DNA of 63,873 nt, filler included, from Octopus bimaculoides (taxonomy: Eukaryota): NCBI RefSeq assembly GCF_001194135.2. It is 11 parts of 8 records of this genome, joined end to end, with 100 filler letters (N's around TTAATTAATTAA, not from the genome) between each part and the next. Parts side by side here need not be neighbours in the genome. Positions count along the whole stretch, not along the records: positions 25,062 to 28,986 come from NW_026350597.1; positions 29,087 to 38,229 come from NC_068981.1; positions 38,330 to 50,431 come from NC_068983.1; 8 more parts are not named here. One strand, given 5' to 3'. A program made the translations under genes and the position numbers. The notes beneath the pieces were generated by a model that did not search any database, had not been told where the DNA came from, and was given only the letters and a program-made list of their open reading frames with translations. Position 1 is the stretch's first letter, and every line of letters begins with the position of its first letter. Positions 27,992-40,578 of this stretch are shown here, piece by piece.

Positions 27992-28038
<47 letters not shown>

Positions 28039-28246
28039 CATATATAAATCATATACATATGTACGTATCTAACGTATCTATATATATATGCATATATAAA
28101 CAGTTACCTACATAGTTACATACATACATACATACAAACATATATACATACCGCTATTTACTTTTTACTCAGGTGAAATTTAAATGCACTCAGAAATATC
28201 TATATCTATATGTATGTGTGTGAATGCATGTTATACATACGCACAT

Positions 28247-28311
<65 letters not shown>

Positions 28312-28425
28312 GTATGTATGTGTATATATAGATATGTATATAACTGTATTTATCTATATATGTATATATAGATATAAATATATGCATAGATATATATATA
28401 TATTTTCACATATGTATATATATGC

Positions 28426-28475
<50 letters not shown>

Positions 28476-28954
28476 GTATGTATGTATATACATGTATATA
28501 TATATATGTATATATGTCTAACCAATCTCCAAGTATTTCCATGTCAAAGCCTTCTTCTTGGAAAAAAAAATCTTTTAATACCTTGCAGAATATAAAATAA
28601 GAAAACGATAGGCGAATGTGCTGGGCGGTTGTTGTACTTGTTGCTGTTGTTGTTGTATTTTATTTTTAAACTCGATAACTCGGACTTATCAAAGAAGACT
28701 TGAAATATTCATTTCTAGATTATATTTGTCGATAATGTTTTCCTTAAATGTACACACAAACCTTACTTCTGCTTATCACTGAGCGATATATGTATCCGCG
28801 TGTTCGCATAGTTGTGTACGTGTGCGCGAATGTATGTATGTAGATATAGATGTATATATATATATATATTTCGTTGTATAAATGTATGCATGTTGGTATA
28901 TGAGCGTGTAAAAGTGTGTATTTGAATACACAGACTCACACACGTGTGTATGTG

Positions 28955-28986
<32 letters not shown>

Positions 28987-29105
28987 NNNNNNNNNNNNNN
29001 NNNNNNNNNNNNNNNNNNNNNNNNNNNNNNTTAATTAATTAANNNNNNNNNNNNNNNNNNNNNNNNNNNNNNNNNNNNNNNNNNNNTCTGTTAAAGTCTG
29101 TCATA

Positions 29106-29146
29106 CCGGCCATGACGAAGGGAAATAGCCCTGAAACTCGAATCGC
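29106..29146 (+). ncRNA. Degenerate hammerhead-like motif in a probable PLE terminus
   Basis: CCGGCC-ATGACGA-AGGG(AAATAG)CCCT-GAAA-CTCGAAT-C-GC: core C3 altered; helix III one change from palindrome ACTCGAGT; helix I weak. Confidence 0.4.
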
Positions 29147-29392
29147 TTTTATATATTTATATTTATATATTTATATATTTGATCCTTTATATTGAACACT
29201 CAATATTTCATCTACATTCAATACTTTCTCTCATGGTGCCATCCATTTTTATTTTATTTTATATTGTATATTGTATATTGTATATTATATTATATATTGT
29301 ATATTCCATATTCTATACCCCACATTAGTTCTGCAGGAATATAAATAAAACATAAAAAACAGACAGTGTTGGAACTCTTTTAAACAAAATAA

Positions 29393-29423
<31 letters not shown>

Positions 29424-29992
29424 TCATTTAAGATGTTATGAGTGGTAAGCATATATATTTATTTATTTATGCCTGTATGTATCAAATCATGTGTATGTGT
29501 GTGTGTGTGTATGTGTATATGTATGTGCATACATGTATCTATATTATTGTTTGTATTTTTCTTTAGAAAATTGCAAATAAAGTGATGATTGAGATGAGAT
29601 GGTGAGTGGTTTTTTCCTGTTACTAAGTACATTTCTTTTTAATACAGCTTCTAAGCAAGTTTATTTCCTTGTGTTATTTCAAAAATGATCATCAGTGAAA
29701 AGAACGTCACTAAAATATCAATCACATTTTTGATGAAACATTTTGAATAAGAGACGAGAGATGACCCTGCAGAGACATAGATCTCATGTTGAATTTTTTA
29801 AACATTGATAGAAGTCAACGAACAGTTTTTCCTCTACTTGACAATCACCAAAGTAAACAAAGGCAACTGGAAATCACCACTTACCTTTACCAAACAATAA
29901 GAGTTAGGGGCGAATATAAACTCTATTAGTCTCTTTTTTCATTCTCGCATCGCGCCTGAAATCAAAAGAGCTATTACTGCTACTGCTGCTCT

Positions 29993-30053
<61 letters not shown>

Positions 30054-30078
30054 GCTTGTATTACTCATGTTTGTATTA

Positions 30079-30290
30079 CAGTAGCCCCTCGGCTATCGCG
30101 GGCTTACATTCCAAAATCACCCGCGATAAGTGAAAATCCGCGTAGTAGAAACAGTACTGTATATTTTAAAATTATTTTTATAATTTGTATATATTTATTT
30201 TATCATAAATGTAAAACAACACAGAGGAATCGACAAAAGCTTAAATAATAAACCGTGATAGGTGAACCGCGATATGTCGAGGGCTTACTG
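30079..30290. mobile_element. pogo/Tigger-like MITE (212 bp)
   Basis: Terminal inverted repeats CAGTAGCCCCTCG / CGAGGGCTTACTG; left flank TA, right flank CA. Confidence 0.75.
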
Positions 30291-31818
30291 CACTCCTATT
30301 TGACAACAACTTTTATTGTGGGTACAAGGCCACACAATTTTTAAAAAAAGTCTCAGAACATAATCGACGCTAGATCTTTAATCGTACCCGTTTTACTGAC
30401 CTTCAATTTGAACTCACTAATGTCCGTCAAATATCTGTAACATGAGTATAATGCTATATCTCGAAAGAACTACGCAATATCGACTCCGGATGGATGAAAG
30501 ATAAAATACACTGGCATGTCTTGAAATCTGGAATTATTTACCGTGAAATAATTTGTTCAGTGCTGAATTGTTTCTGCATGTAGCTATTTATTTCGAGACA
30601 ACAACTGAACGGTGGCTATGTTGTAAAAATTTAAGGGCCAAATGGCTAAAAAGACGCCGCTTGCATTTGTTCCCAATACAATTAATATTAATCATATAAA
30701 ATTATATTAAGTGAGCAATGGTATTTCTTGGACATATTCTTTACCCAAACTCTTTAAATTATTATAATAAATTTATTTCAATACTGAAAGAATGATGTAT
30801 ACTATATAGGTCGAGTGTGTTTTGACATTTGAAATAAAATTCGCATGAATAAAATTCATATTGTTTATAATCTTGCTAAATCTATTATGGCACGAAGAAA
30901 ATGTCAAGTATAGTATGAAGAAAAGATAAACTCATCAAGATAAAGCTTGGTAACTAGGCATAATCGGTGGTATTTGTTTTATGTAGTTAACATTGACAAA
31001 TAACCACTCATCCTTTATATGAAGTGTAAGCTACATAAACTACACAGTTTCCTGTTTATATAGCGTGAGGTTTTGCTCTAGGGAGATAAATGTTGTTTGT
31101 TAGTATAATGTGAGAATATTTCTTCATGACATTTCTAATTTTTTACCACGAGAGAATCGTTTTGTCGTGGATATATAACTTCGTGTTTACGTTTATCCAA
31201 GATCAAATCTGTCTAAAACAGATATATCGATGAAAGGATTGTAGGCAATCATTCCGCCTTATAGGACATATTATCTCCAGAACATACTAATCCAATGCAT
31301 CCCATCATTTACACTCGACCTATATAGTATACATCATTCTTTCAGTATGCAACTGAGGAAAACTTTGCCTGACAGTTTTAGAAAATCAAACCAAGCTTAT
31401 AAATGGCTGGTGGAATAATTTGTTTTCTCTTGTAAACAAAAACGTTTTGAAAAGTATAGATCATCAAGAATTGAATACCACTTTGTTATGCTGAAAGTAG
31501 GTGGACCATGGCGTGTGGGTGGTGCAAGCCAGAGTAATGAAAGTTTGTAAGAATGAAATGAATGCAATGTCACTAGGCTACAGGGCGGTAAATATTTTAG
31601 TGTATTTCAAACATATTTTCTCTAAGGTGTAATGGTCGAGGAACTAAATTAGGATTCATTATATATTATTTCATAATTGTAAAAGTTGGTAGGTGTATGA
31701 ATAGATAGATGTTCAATTGGATTTGAGTCAGAATATGGTTTTTAAATTTTTTCCCCTGGATCATTAGAAAATAGTTTTCTTTTTAAAATAAGAATTTAAA
31801 ATAAATTCCAATTATATA

Positions 31819-32000
31819 GACGCAGGTATGGATGTGTGGTATAGACGCAGGCTGTGTGATAAGGAGCTTGCTTCCAAACCACGTGGTTCCGGGTTCAGTT
31901 CCACTGCATGGTACCGTGGGCAATTGCCTTCTACTATATTTTCGGGCCGACCAAAGCCTTGTGAGTGGATTTGGTAAACGGAAACTGAAAGAAGCCCGTC

Positions 32001-32044
<44 letters not shown>

Positions 32045-32133
32045 ATGTATGTTTATCTCTGTGTTTCTCCTCCCACCATCACTTGACAAACTATGTTGGT
32101 GCATTTACGTCCGTAACTTAGCGGTTCGGCAAT
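31819..32133 (+). mobile_element. tRNA-derived SINE, family B
   Basis: GCTGTGTGATAAGGAGCTTGCTTCCAAACCACGTGGTTCCGGGTTCAGTTCCACTG head; internal (TA)n; short duplication of ATAGACGCAGG at the 5' end. Confidence 0.85.
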
Positions 32134-32294
32134 AGTAAATAAGAAAATGAATGAAGGGAATTTGAAAGAAAGGACTGAAATAAACTACAGGAGAAATATG
32201 TAGTTATGTAGAAATAAAGAAATGCAAAGAAGTACCGATTCGACGCTAAATTTGGTATAAACTCTGTATGTGGAATGACCAATTTCAAAGACTG

Positions 32295-32784
32295 TTGAAT
32301 TTTACTCATAGGGTACTAGAATCTTAATAATGGATTTACAAAGGCAATGACAAATCTTAAAAACAATTGAACTTTACTCACAAGGTACTGTAATCTTATA
32401 TGTATACCATTCTGCCTAAGCAATATATTTACAAATACAATATCCCTACATTCACTCTATATTTCCTATCTTAACTAAACTAACTATTGCCTAATCATCC
32501 TCTTACACCGTCTCCGATGAAGGGATATAATAAATATCCTGGAAACAGCTTTAAGACCTTCTATTTATAAATGTTATATATATTATACACAGCCTTGGTT
32601 TTTTTTCATCTCATTACGAAAAATATAGCCTATATTCACACGCTTATTTATGACCTACGTTGGACCCGTTGTTCACATAATCACCGAACCTGGAGCTTAA
32701 CTGTGGTCTATCCATAGCACTTACCCAGCATTACCTGAAACCTCTGGGTTTATTGACATCACTATCGCTCATAACCTACATATC

Positions 32785-32832
<48 letters not shown>

Positions 32833-33770
32833 TTATCCCCTTAAGCTAGGCATCTATTTTTAGCTATCCTTACTGAACACTGACCACACCTAACCTAGAT
32901 TCATCCATTTAATTAATAGACATACATACTTTCCTCCTCTACTTTACCAAAATCTTAATGCTTGACCTCTCACCCGAACCGACACTTACGAAGAATAATA
33001 CTAGCGTCTTATCTTTATCTTTATTCTTTTTATTTTTCTTTCTTATTTTTTTTAATGTTTTAATTTTTTTACTTTGATTTTTGATTTTACTTTACTTTCG
33101 CTCTCATTCATTCTTTCCCACACTTAACCCATTCCTGTCTTTTTTCCATTTCTCATTTTCTCCCTTCTATCCAATTAAACACAACCCATGTCTATCTTGA
33201 TGTCTGCCTTTTTCACTCTCTATACCCACGCGAACCGTTTACTTAGTAACTAAACACTTCAACATGAGAGCATAATTCAAAATACTGCCTCGATTTACAT
33301 GGGATTATACCCAAGGGCCTACAACTTCGCGGACGTACGGGTCAGCCTCCATACCCTCTGGAAAAAGATGAACTGTGAACTTCATTCTGTCGGTGTCCTA
33401 TCTACTTTCAATCTTTATTCTCCTACTTTATTGTTTATGATCTGTGGATTTCCCTGTCTAGAACTTTCGTACAACTCTCTGATGACGGTATACCCAAAAT
33501 ACGGACATGCTTGCCTATAACTTGGGTAAGATGAATTTGAAGCTATAAGATTTCAAATTCGCTTTACCCTAAATAAATTACCATAAATGACTTAAGACAC
33601 TCGTCCTTCGTTGGCTTTTGTTGACCTTTTCCTCTAATATACACCTTCTACCATGGAAACTTAATACAGATCCCTAGCTCCAGCTTCAGGTGTGAACTTC
33701 GAACCCCTAACGGATAACCAATTATAGCACTTACTCAGTGTATCCATTCGTTTAGCTCACCTTGAAGTAC
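32295..33770 (+). mobile_element. Probable Penelope-like element 5' part: terminal repeat with hammerhead, then decayed ORF N-terminus
   Basis: Hammerhead motif at 32510-32557; YCLDLHGIIPKGLQL at ~33284-33330 and HTLWKKMNCELHS resemble PLE ORF N-termini (from recall). Boundaries are approximate. Confidence 0.55.
32510..32557 (+). ncRNA. Minimal type-I hammerhead motif, two substitutions
   Basis: GTCT-CCGATGA-A-GGGATAT(AATAA)ATATCCT-G-GAAA-CAGCTTT-A-AGAC: helix I GTCT/AGAC; helix III one change from ACAGCTGT. Confidence 0.6.
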
Positions 33771-35013
33771 ATCTCTCATATAATATATATATATATATAT
33801 ATATNNNNNNNNNNNNNNNNNNNNNNNNNNNNNNNNNNNNNNNNNNNNNNNNNNNNNNNNNNNNNNNNNNNNNNNNNNNNNNNNNNNNNNNNNNNNNNNN
33901 NNNNNNNNNNNNNNNNNNNNNNNNNNNNNNNNNNNNNNNNNNNNNNNNNNNNNNNNNNNNNNNNNNNNNNNNNNNNNNNNNNNNNNNNNNNNNNNNNNNN
34001 NNNNNNNNNNNNNNNNNNNNNNNNNNNNNNNNNNNNNNNNNNNNNNNNNNNNNNNNNNNNNNNNNNNNNNNNNNNNNNNNNNNNNNNNNNNNNNNNNNNN
34101 NNNNNNNNNNNNNNNNNNNNNNNNNNNNNNNNNNNNNNNNNNNNNNNNNNNNNNNNNNNNNNNNNNNNNNNNNNNNNNNNNNNNNNNNNNNNNNNNNNNN
34201 NNNNNNNNNNNNNNNNNNNNNNNNNNNNNNNNNNNNNNNNNNNNNNNNNNNNNNNNNNNNNNNNNNNNNNNNNNNNNNNNNNNNNNNNNNNNNNNNNNNN
34301 NNNNNNNNNNNNNNNNNNNNNNNNNNNNNNNNNNNNNNNNNNNNNNNNNNNNNNNNNNNNNNNNNNNNNNNNNNNNNNNNNNNNNNNNNNNNNNNNNNNN
34401 NNNNNNNNNNNNNNNNNNNNNNNNNNNNNNNNNNNNNNNNNNNNNNNNNNNNNNNNNNNNNNNNNNNNNNNNNNNNNNNNNNNNNNNNNNNNNNNNNNNN
34501 NNNNNNNNNNNNNNNNNNNNNNNNNNNNNNNNNNNNNNNNNNNNNNNNNNNNNNNNNNNNNNNNNNNNNNNNNNNNNNNNNNNNNNNNNNNNNNNNNNNN
34601 NNNNNNNNNNNNNNNNNNNNNNNNNNNNNNNNNNNNNNNNNNNNNNNNNNNNNNNNNNNNNNNNNNNNNNNNNNNNATATATATATATATATATAAAGGA
34701 TTTAGATTTAGATTCAAAATTGACTACGGTACTTATGTTTAGGCACCAGAATATAGTATGGTATTATCCGTCTTGCATTGTATCAATAAACAAGATTTAA
34801 AATGTGGTCCAATCGATGTGCTGGTTAATCTATATTTTTCTCCATTTTCTAATTATCTTCATTGGTTCCTGATAAACTTTTTATCTTGTTGTTACCTGTG
34901 CTCGACGTATAAGGTGTCCCTGCACACCATTGCACGGGGATAACACAGGTAACGGATACTGATAGTATATACGGATATTTTATCCCTTAGTCGGTTACTA
35001 CAACCGCTAACTC

Positions 35014-35081
<68 letters not shown>

Positions 35082-35449
35082 CAACCGCTAACTCTCTCTC
35101 TGTCTCTCTGTAGATATATATATATATATATATATATATGTTTGTATGTGTGTGTGTGTGTATCTGCTGATGCATGTGGGATATCTGGTTCTTTGTTTTT
35201 TTTTTATTGAGTGCATGTGTGGTTTCTGTGGTGTGGTGTTTGTATTTCTTGCAATTATAGAATGTGTGTAAGGTTTTCAATTTCAAATTTTGAATGGGTT
35301 TATTTGAAAAGGAGAGAAAAGTAAGGATTTGTTCATTTATCCATTCTTGACGGTGTTTATTTTTATTAAGTTTTATATTGAGGATTTGTGCTGATCAGCT
35401 CTCCGTGATTTGGAAAAAAACTTCATGCGGTAATAAAAATTCCTGAATG

Positions 35450-37150
35450 CTACATTGAATCTATGTTCTAATTGCAACATTTCTATTTGAACGTATCCAT
35501 ATTTCAAAAATAGGTTCCTTTAAAATTACGATTATTCAAAGTATCAAGTATATTTTACTACAAAACCTTGTCTCTTGGGGACAATTTAAAATACTGGACA
35601 TTTATTCTACATTCACAATGCCCAACGTTCAATCTTTCTGTAAAAAGAAATTTGCACAAAAGAAAATGAACGGGAATTAGTTGCAGTAATATGTGAGTAT
35701 ATTATATTGAAGCAGTGATCTTTTGATAGATATAAAATAATTCTATTCAAGCATGTTATAACTATTTTATTGAAATACTTTAACCCATTGAAAATTTTAA
35801 AAGTTATTTTTCCAAGTTTTCCATATCTGAAATTGGAAAATATTATCCGCTACTTTTCATATATTGATAGGTATCTGAACTGCTTACTGTTGTAAAGGAT
35901 ACAACTTAATATACAAAGTGCTTTCTACAGAACTAAAGATATTTGTATACGTAAATTCATTTTTTACCATCTCAATTTTGGTTGTCAAATTGTTTAAAAC
36001 TCAATTATCACACGGCATCTCTTGCAACACTATAACATTCTAATTTATAATTTACTTTATTTTGAAACAAGCTTAAATCAAAGTAACTTGGAAAAGTAAC
36101 TCTGCAAAAATAGTTTTCACCAGTTGAAATCTGCTCTCATTTTATTGTAAATTCAATAATTTTATCCGTGTTCCAGTGATCTGAAATTTTGGTCCCTATT
36201 ATTAAGCTAATAACCAGGATGACATTTCATTAATTAAAGTTTCAATAATTATTAAGTTGTCCAAGACACTTGTCATTCAGCAGCTGAATTTATCAAGCCA
36301 TGAACATTGTAATTCATGCTAGACACAAATGATAATCTGAAATACATGCATCGGCAGAATATTTTGTATTGAGTAATTTCATTTGATATAATTTGAGTTT
36401 TAGTCCAACTTTGCAAGTTTGATAATCTTCATCAAGACGAGATGGTTTAGACATAGAAATAAAGAAAACTTATAAACAAGAGTTATTTAACTCTAAAAAC
36501 TAGGGATTAAATAAACCGCCAAATAATTTGAGAAAGTATTCTGTAACCTGCAGTGATGAAATAGTTATGTGATGACCCTAAATCATTTAATAATGATTTA
36601 GGGCCATTATGTTAGCCTAATGTTTCTGCGCAGTAATTGCTAAAGTGACACACGAGGGATCCAGACTGGAGCAATGTAATGGAGGAATTGTTATAACGTC
36701 GGGCGGCCTGCATTGTAATATCTGTTCTGGTTTTTATGATTCTTGCAGCAACTCCTCCAATGACACTGCATCAAACTGTATCATCATTTAACTTCATCTT
36801 AGACAATATCGGTTCTGTGTCCAGGGTTTATTAATATACATGAATATTTATTTTCTCTGTAGTAAAATGAAAATGCGCTTAGGTTTGCATTTTTAAATAA
36901 ACTTTTTAGGTAAATATTATAATCAGTTTTCTTCTGGTTTTTCCAAAATATTATCTAGGCCACTGCCGTTAATTTGCAATAATTTTAATATTCTGCTAGT
37001 ATGTTGCGGTTTTAATTTATTATTTGCATCATCACAACCTGGGGGGGGGGGGCTTTGTATTTGGTGTAGACATATATTAAACGATCAAGCATTCTGCATT
37101 TAGAAATATAGAGAAATTAACATATTTTGAATTGATTACGTCGATAGCAT
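35450..37150 (-). mobile_element. Highly decayed hAT-like transposase remnant
   Basis: Minus strand ILT.ITATNSRSFS (35661-35700) followed by ERLN.LGIVNVE (35606-35640) resembles the hAT C-terminal dimerisation motif (ERSFS...ERLN.LA.L.IE). Upstream similarity is weak. Confidence 0.4.
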
Positions 37151-38192
37151 TTGCTAAAATATAGCAATTTCATTTTAGATTTATATAAAAAGAACTTATA
37201 ACGAATTTTAATCTTCTCATAGGTGTATATTTGAAGCAGCAAAAATTAACTATAGTAAAATGGTGCTCTAGTAAAACATTTGTCCGTTTGATGTATATTT
37301 CTTTTGTCTTACTGATTGAAATCGTCTTGAGACAAATATAGGTTAATTTTCTGAAGTCGCGGATTTTCTAAATTTCCATCTATTATAGAGAAAGAATAAT
37401 TAGAAATGAGATAAGAAAAATGATGCCCTTTTCATAAAATTTGCCCATTTCAAATATAAGATTAACATTGGTTAAAATTTAGCCATGCTCACTCACAAAT
37501 ACATGCACACAGTCATCTACCCCTCTCTCTCTCTGTCTCTTTCTGTTACTCTTCTCCAACTATCACGTAAGCCGTGATGACCTAAGGCGGTGTCATTCTT
37601 TTTCGTGTTGCCCTCGACCGTACTGGACACGATTTTCTGATCTCCTCACTCTACCATTCCCGAGTATAGTCCTTAAGGACAATTTTCGTTTCTCCTTCGC
37701 GTTACCCATTTACGTTGTATAAGGCTTTACGTTGTATATGTATTATCATTATCAATTGTTGTCATCGTGTGACACTAAGTCTTTTTTCTGTCTCTTGTGT
37801 TATCCCTTGTTCGTCCACTAACAGTTTCCCCTCGAAGCCGTTTCGTTTTGTTATGTTTAGGTTCCATTCCCAGCAAGTTTCTTGTCGGTGCCTCCAGAGT
37901 GGAAGCAATATTATCGATGATGGCTGAAACTGCGCTTGACTCCTCTGGCCAATAACTGATGAGGGAACTGGTGACCTGTATTTTCCATCCGCCTGTGTAT
38001 CTAGTATAGGTACATTTGTTTATTTCCTACACGATTTTTAAATTTTATATATAGAGGCAGGTCATATTTTCCGTTTGTTGTCTTTTTATTTAATCCTGTA
38101 AATATTACTTATGCAATGCACGCACTCCTTATTTTTTTTACCTATATATATATGTATATATGTGTATATATATATATATGTATATATGTATA

Positions 38193-38229
<37 letters not shown>

Positions 38230-38398
38230 NNNNNNNNNNNNNNNNNNNNNNNNNNNNNNNNNNNNNNNNNNNNTTAATTAATTAANNNNNNNNNNNNNNN
38301 NNNNNNNNNNNNNNNNNNNNNNNNNNNNNATATGTATGTATGCATATATATATACATTAAATTATTTATTTATACATATATATGCATACATACATACA

Positions 38399-38485
<87 letters not shown>

Positions 38486-39138
38486 AAATATGAAAAATAT
38501 AAAATAACAAATGTGGTTTGACGCAATATAAAACCAAAGAGGGAAAAATTCAGTTGTCACTAAAAGTAACCGAGGATGCACGGTAGCACCTACATTGATA
38601 GAAACAAGAGTCAAAGACCCTTATAGCCAAAAGAAGCACATTATGCATAAATATATGTATTTAGGTATATACACCCATCCATCCATCCATCCATCCATCC
38701 ATACATACATACATACATACGTACATACATGCATACATATATATGCGAGATCCAGAGATGCTCAATATAGAACTCACGTAGTAGTTGGCTCAACTTATCA
38801 GGTATCTGCCGATCTTTCTATCCTGGTTGAATATCCTTCAATTTTTGCACAATTCAACTGCCAATTATGAACATTACAATTATTATGTAATCACAAGCCC
38901 CGAGAAATAGCTGTCTGACTTAAAATACCATGTTTTCACCACATAGCCTTCTGTATTTTTTGTACTTCATATAAATCTATTTATTTTGTAATATATAAAT
39001 ATATATATGCTTATACATCACGTATTCACCTTCTGAATATTTTTAGCTTTTGTTTCTCTCTATATATATCATTATATATATATTCCAATGTGTATATGTA
39101 CGTATCTATATTTTATATATGAAGCCCAAGCATGATTA

Positions 39139-39169
<31 letters not shown>

Positions 39170-40331
39170 NNNNNNNNNNNNNNNNNNNNNNNNNNNNNNN
39201 NNNNNNNNNNNNNNNNNNNNNNNNNNNNNNNNNNNNNNNNNNNNNNNNNNNNNNNNNNNNNNNNNNNNNNNNNNNNNNNNNNNNNNNNNNNNNNNNNNNN
39301 NNNNNNNNNNNNNNNNNNNNNNNNNNNNNNNNNNNNNNNNNNNNNNNNNNNNNNNNNNNNNNNNNNNNNNNNNNNNNNNNNNNNNNNNNNNNNNNNNNNN
39401 NNNNNNNNNNNNNNNNNNNNNNNNNNNNNNNNNNNNNNNNNNNNNNNNNNNNNNNNNNNNNNNNNNNNNNNNNNNNNNNNNNNNNNNNNNNNNNNNNNNN
39501 NNNNNNNNNNNNNNNNNNNNNNNNNNNNNNNNNNNNNNNNNNNNNNNNNNNNNNNNNNNNNNNNNNNNNNNNNNNNNNNNNNNNNNNNNNNNNNNNNNNN
39601 NNNNNNNNNNNNNNNNNNNNNNNNNNNNNNNNNNNNNNNNNNNNNNNNNNNNNNNNNNNNNNNNNNNNNNNNNNNNNNNNNNNNNNNNNNNNNNNNNNNN
39701 NNNNNNNNNNNNNNNNNNNNNNNNNNNNNNNNNNNNNNNNNNNNNNNNNNNNNNNNNNNNNNNNNNNNNNNNNNNNNNNNNNNNNNNNNNNNNNNNNNNN
39801 NNNNNNNNNNNNNNNNNNNNNNNNNNNNNNNNNNNNNNNNNNNNNNNNNNNNNNNNNNNNNNNNNNNNNNNNNNNNNNNNNNNNNNNNNNNNNNNNNNNN
39901 NNNNNNNNNNNNNNNNNNNNNNNNNNNNNNNNNNNNNNNNNNNNNNNNNNNNNNNNNNNNNNNNNNNNNNNNNNNNATATATACCTGCTTGTTGTTCATA
40001 CACAAGACAAAAACATTGAAAACGAACTTTTTTCGAGCAACGAAAATAAAAAAAAAAGAACTGAGACATGCAACATAAAGAACATTCCCTGCATCAGTTG
40101 TCCCTGTTTCATCTACTCCGCGTTTCGTAAAATAATTCGTTTTCTATGTTTTTGACTTTATGTTTTCGTTTCTCATTGTGTCTACGTTTTTTTTTATGTT
40201 CTGTACCCATATGCATGTATATATACATATATATGTAGGTATGCACATATATGTATGTATATATTCATATATTTATATATTATTTATATTATTATACGTT
40301 CGAACGCTACGCATCCTTTTCCAAGTATGTT

Positions 40332-40375
<44 letters not shown>

Positions 40376-40380
40376 ATATC

Positions 40381-40410
<30 letters not shown>

Positions 40411-40412
<2 letters not shown>

Positions 40413-40578
40413 ATAATAAGGTAGTCAGAATGTTGGATGATTATATATTTTTTTTTAATTATTTACATCTTTTTTGCATTTTCAGCGCTTTCTTCAGTTA
40501 AAGGGCTAAAAATTTAATAAGATGTAAATAAATTAAAAATATATAGAATCATCCACTATTCTGACTACCTTATTATTC
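40411..40578. mobile_element. Foldback/MITE-like palindromic element (168 bp)
   Basis: GAATAATAAGGTAGTCAGAAT / ATTCTGACTACCTTATTATTC perfect 21-bp termini, then imperfect pairing for about 60 bp. Confidence 0.7.

Noticed and set aside
28523-28581. Minus-strand AG...GT-bounded frame [19 protein letters not shown]
   Set aside because: Only 59 nt, weak splice sites, no recognisable protein and no partner exon.
33479-33515. CTGATGA followed by a CGGTAT/ATACGG hairpin
   Set aside because: No GAAA or helix III follows, so it is not a hammerhead as it stands.
37915-37990. CGATGA..GAAAC and CTGATGAGGG motifs
   Set aside because: No consistent helices I-III.
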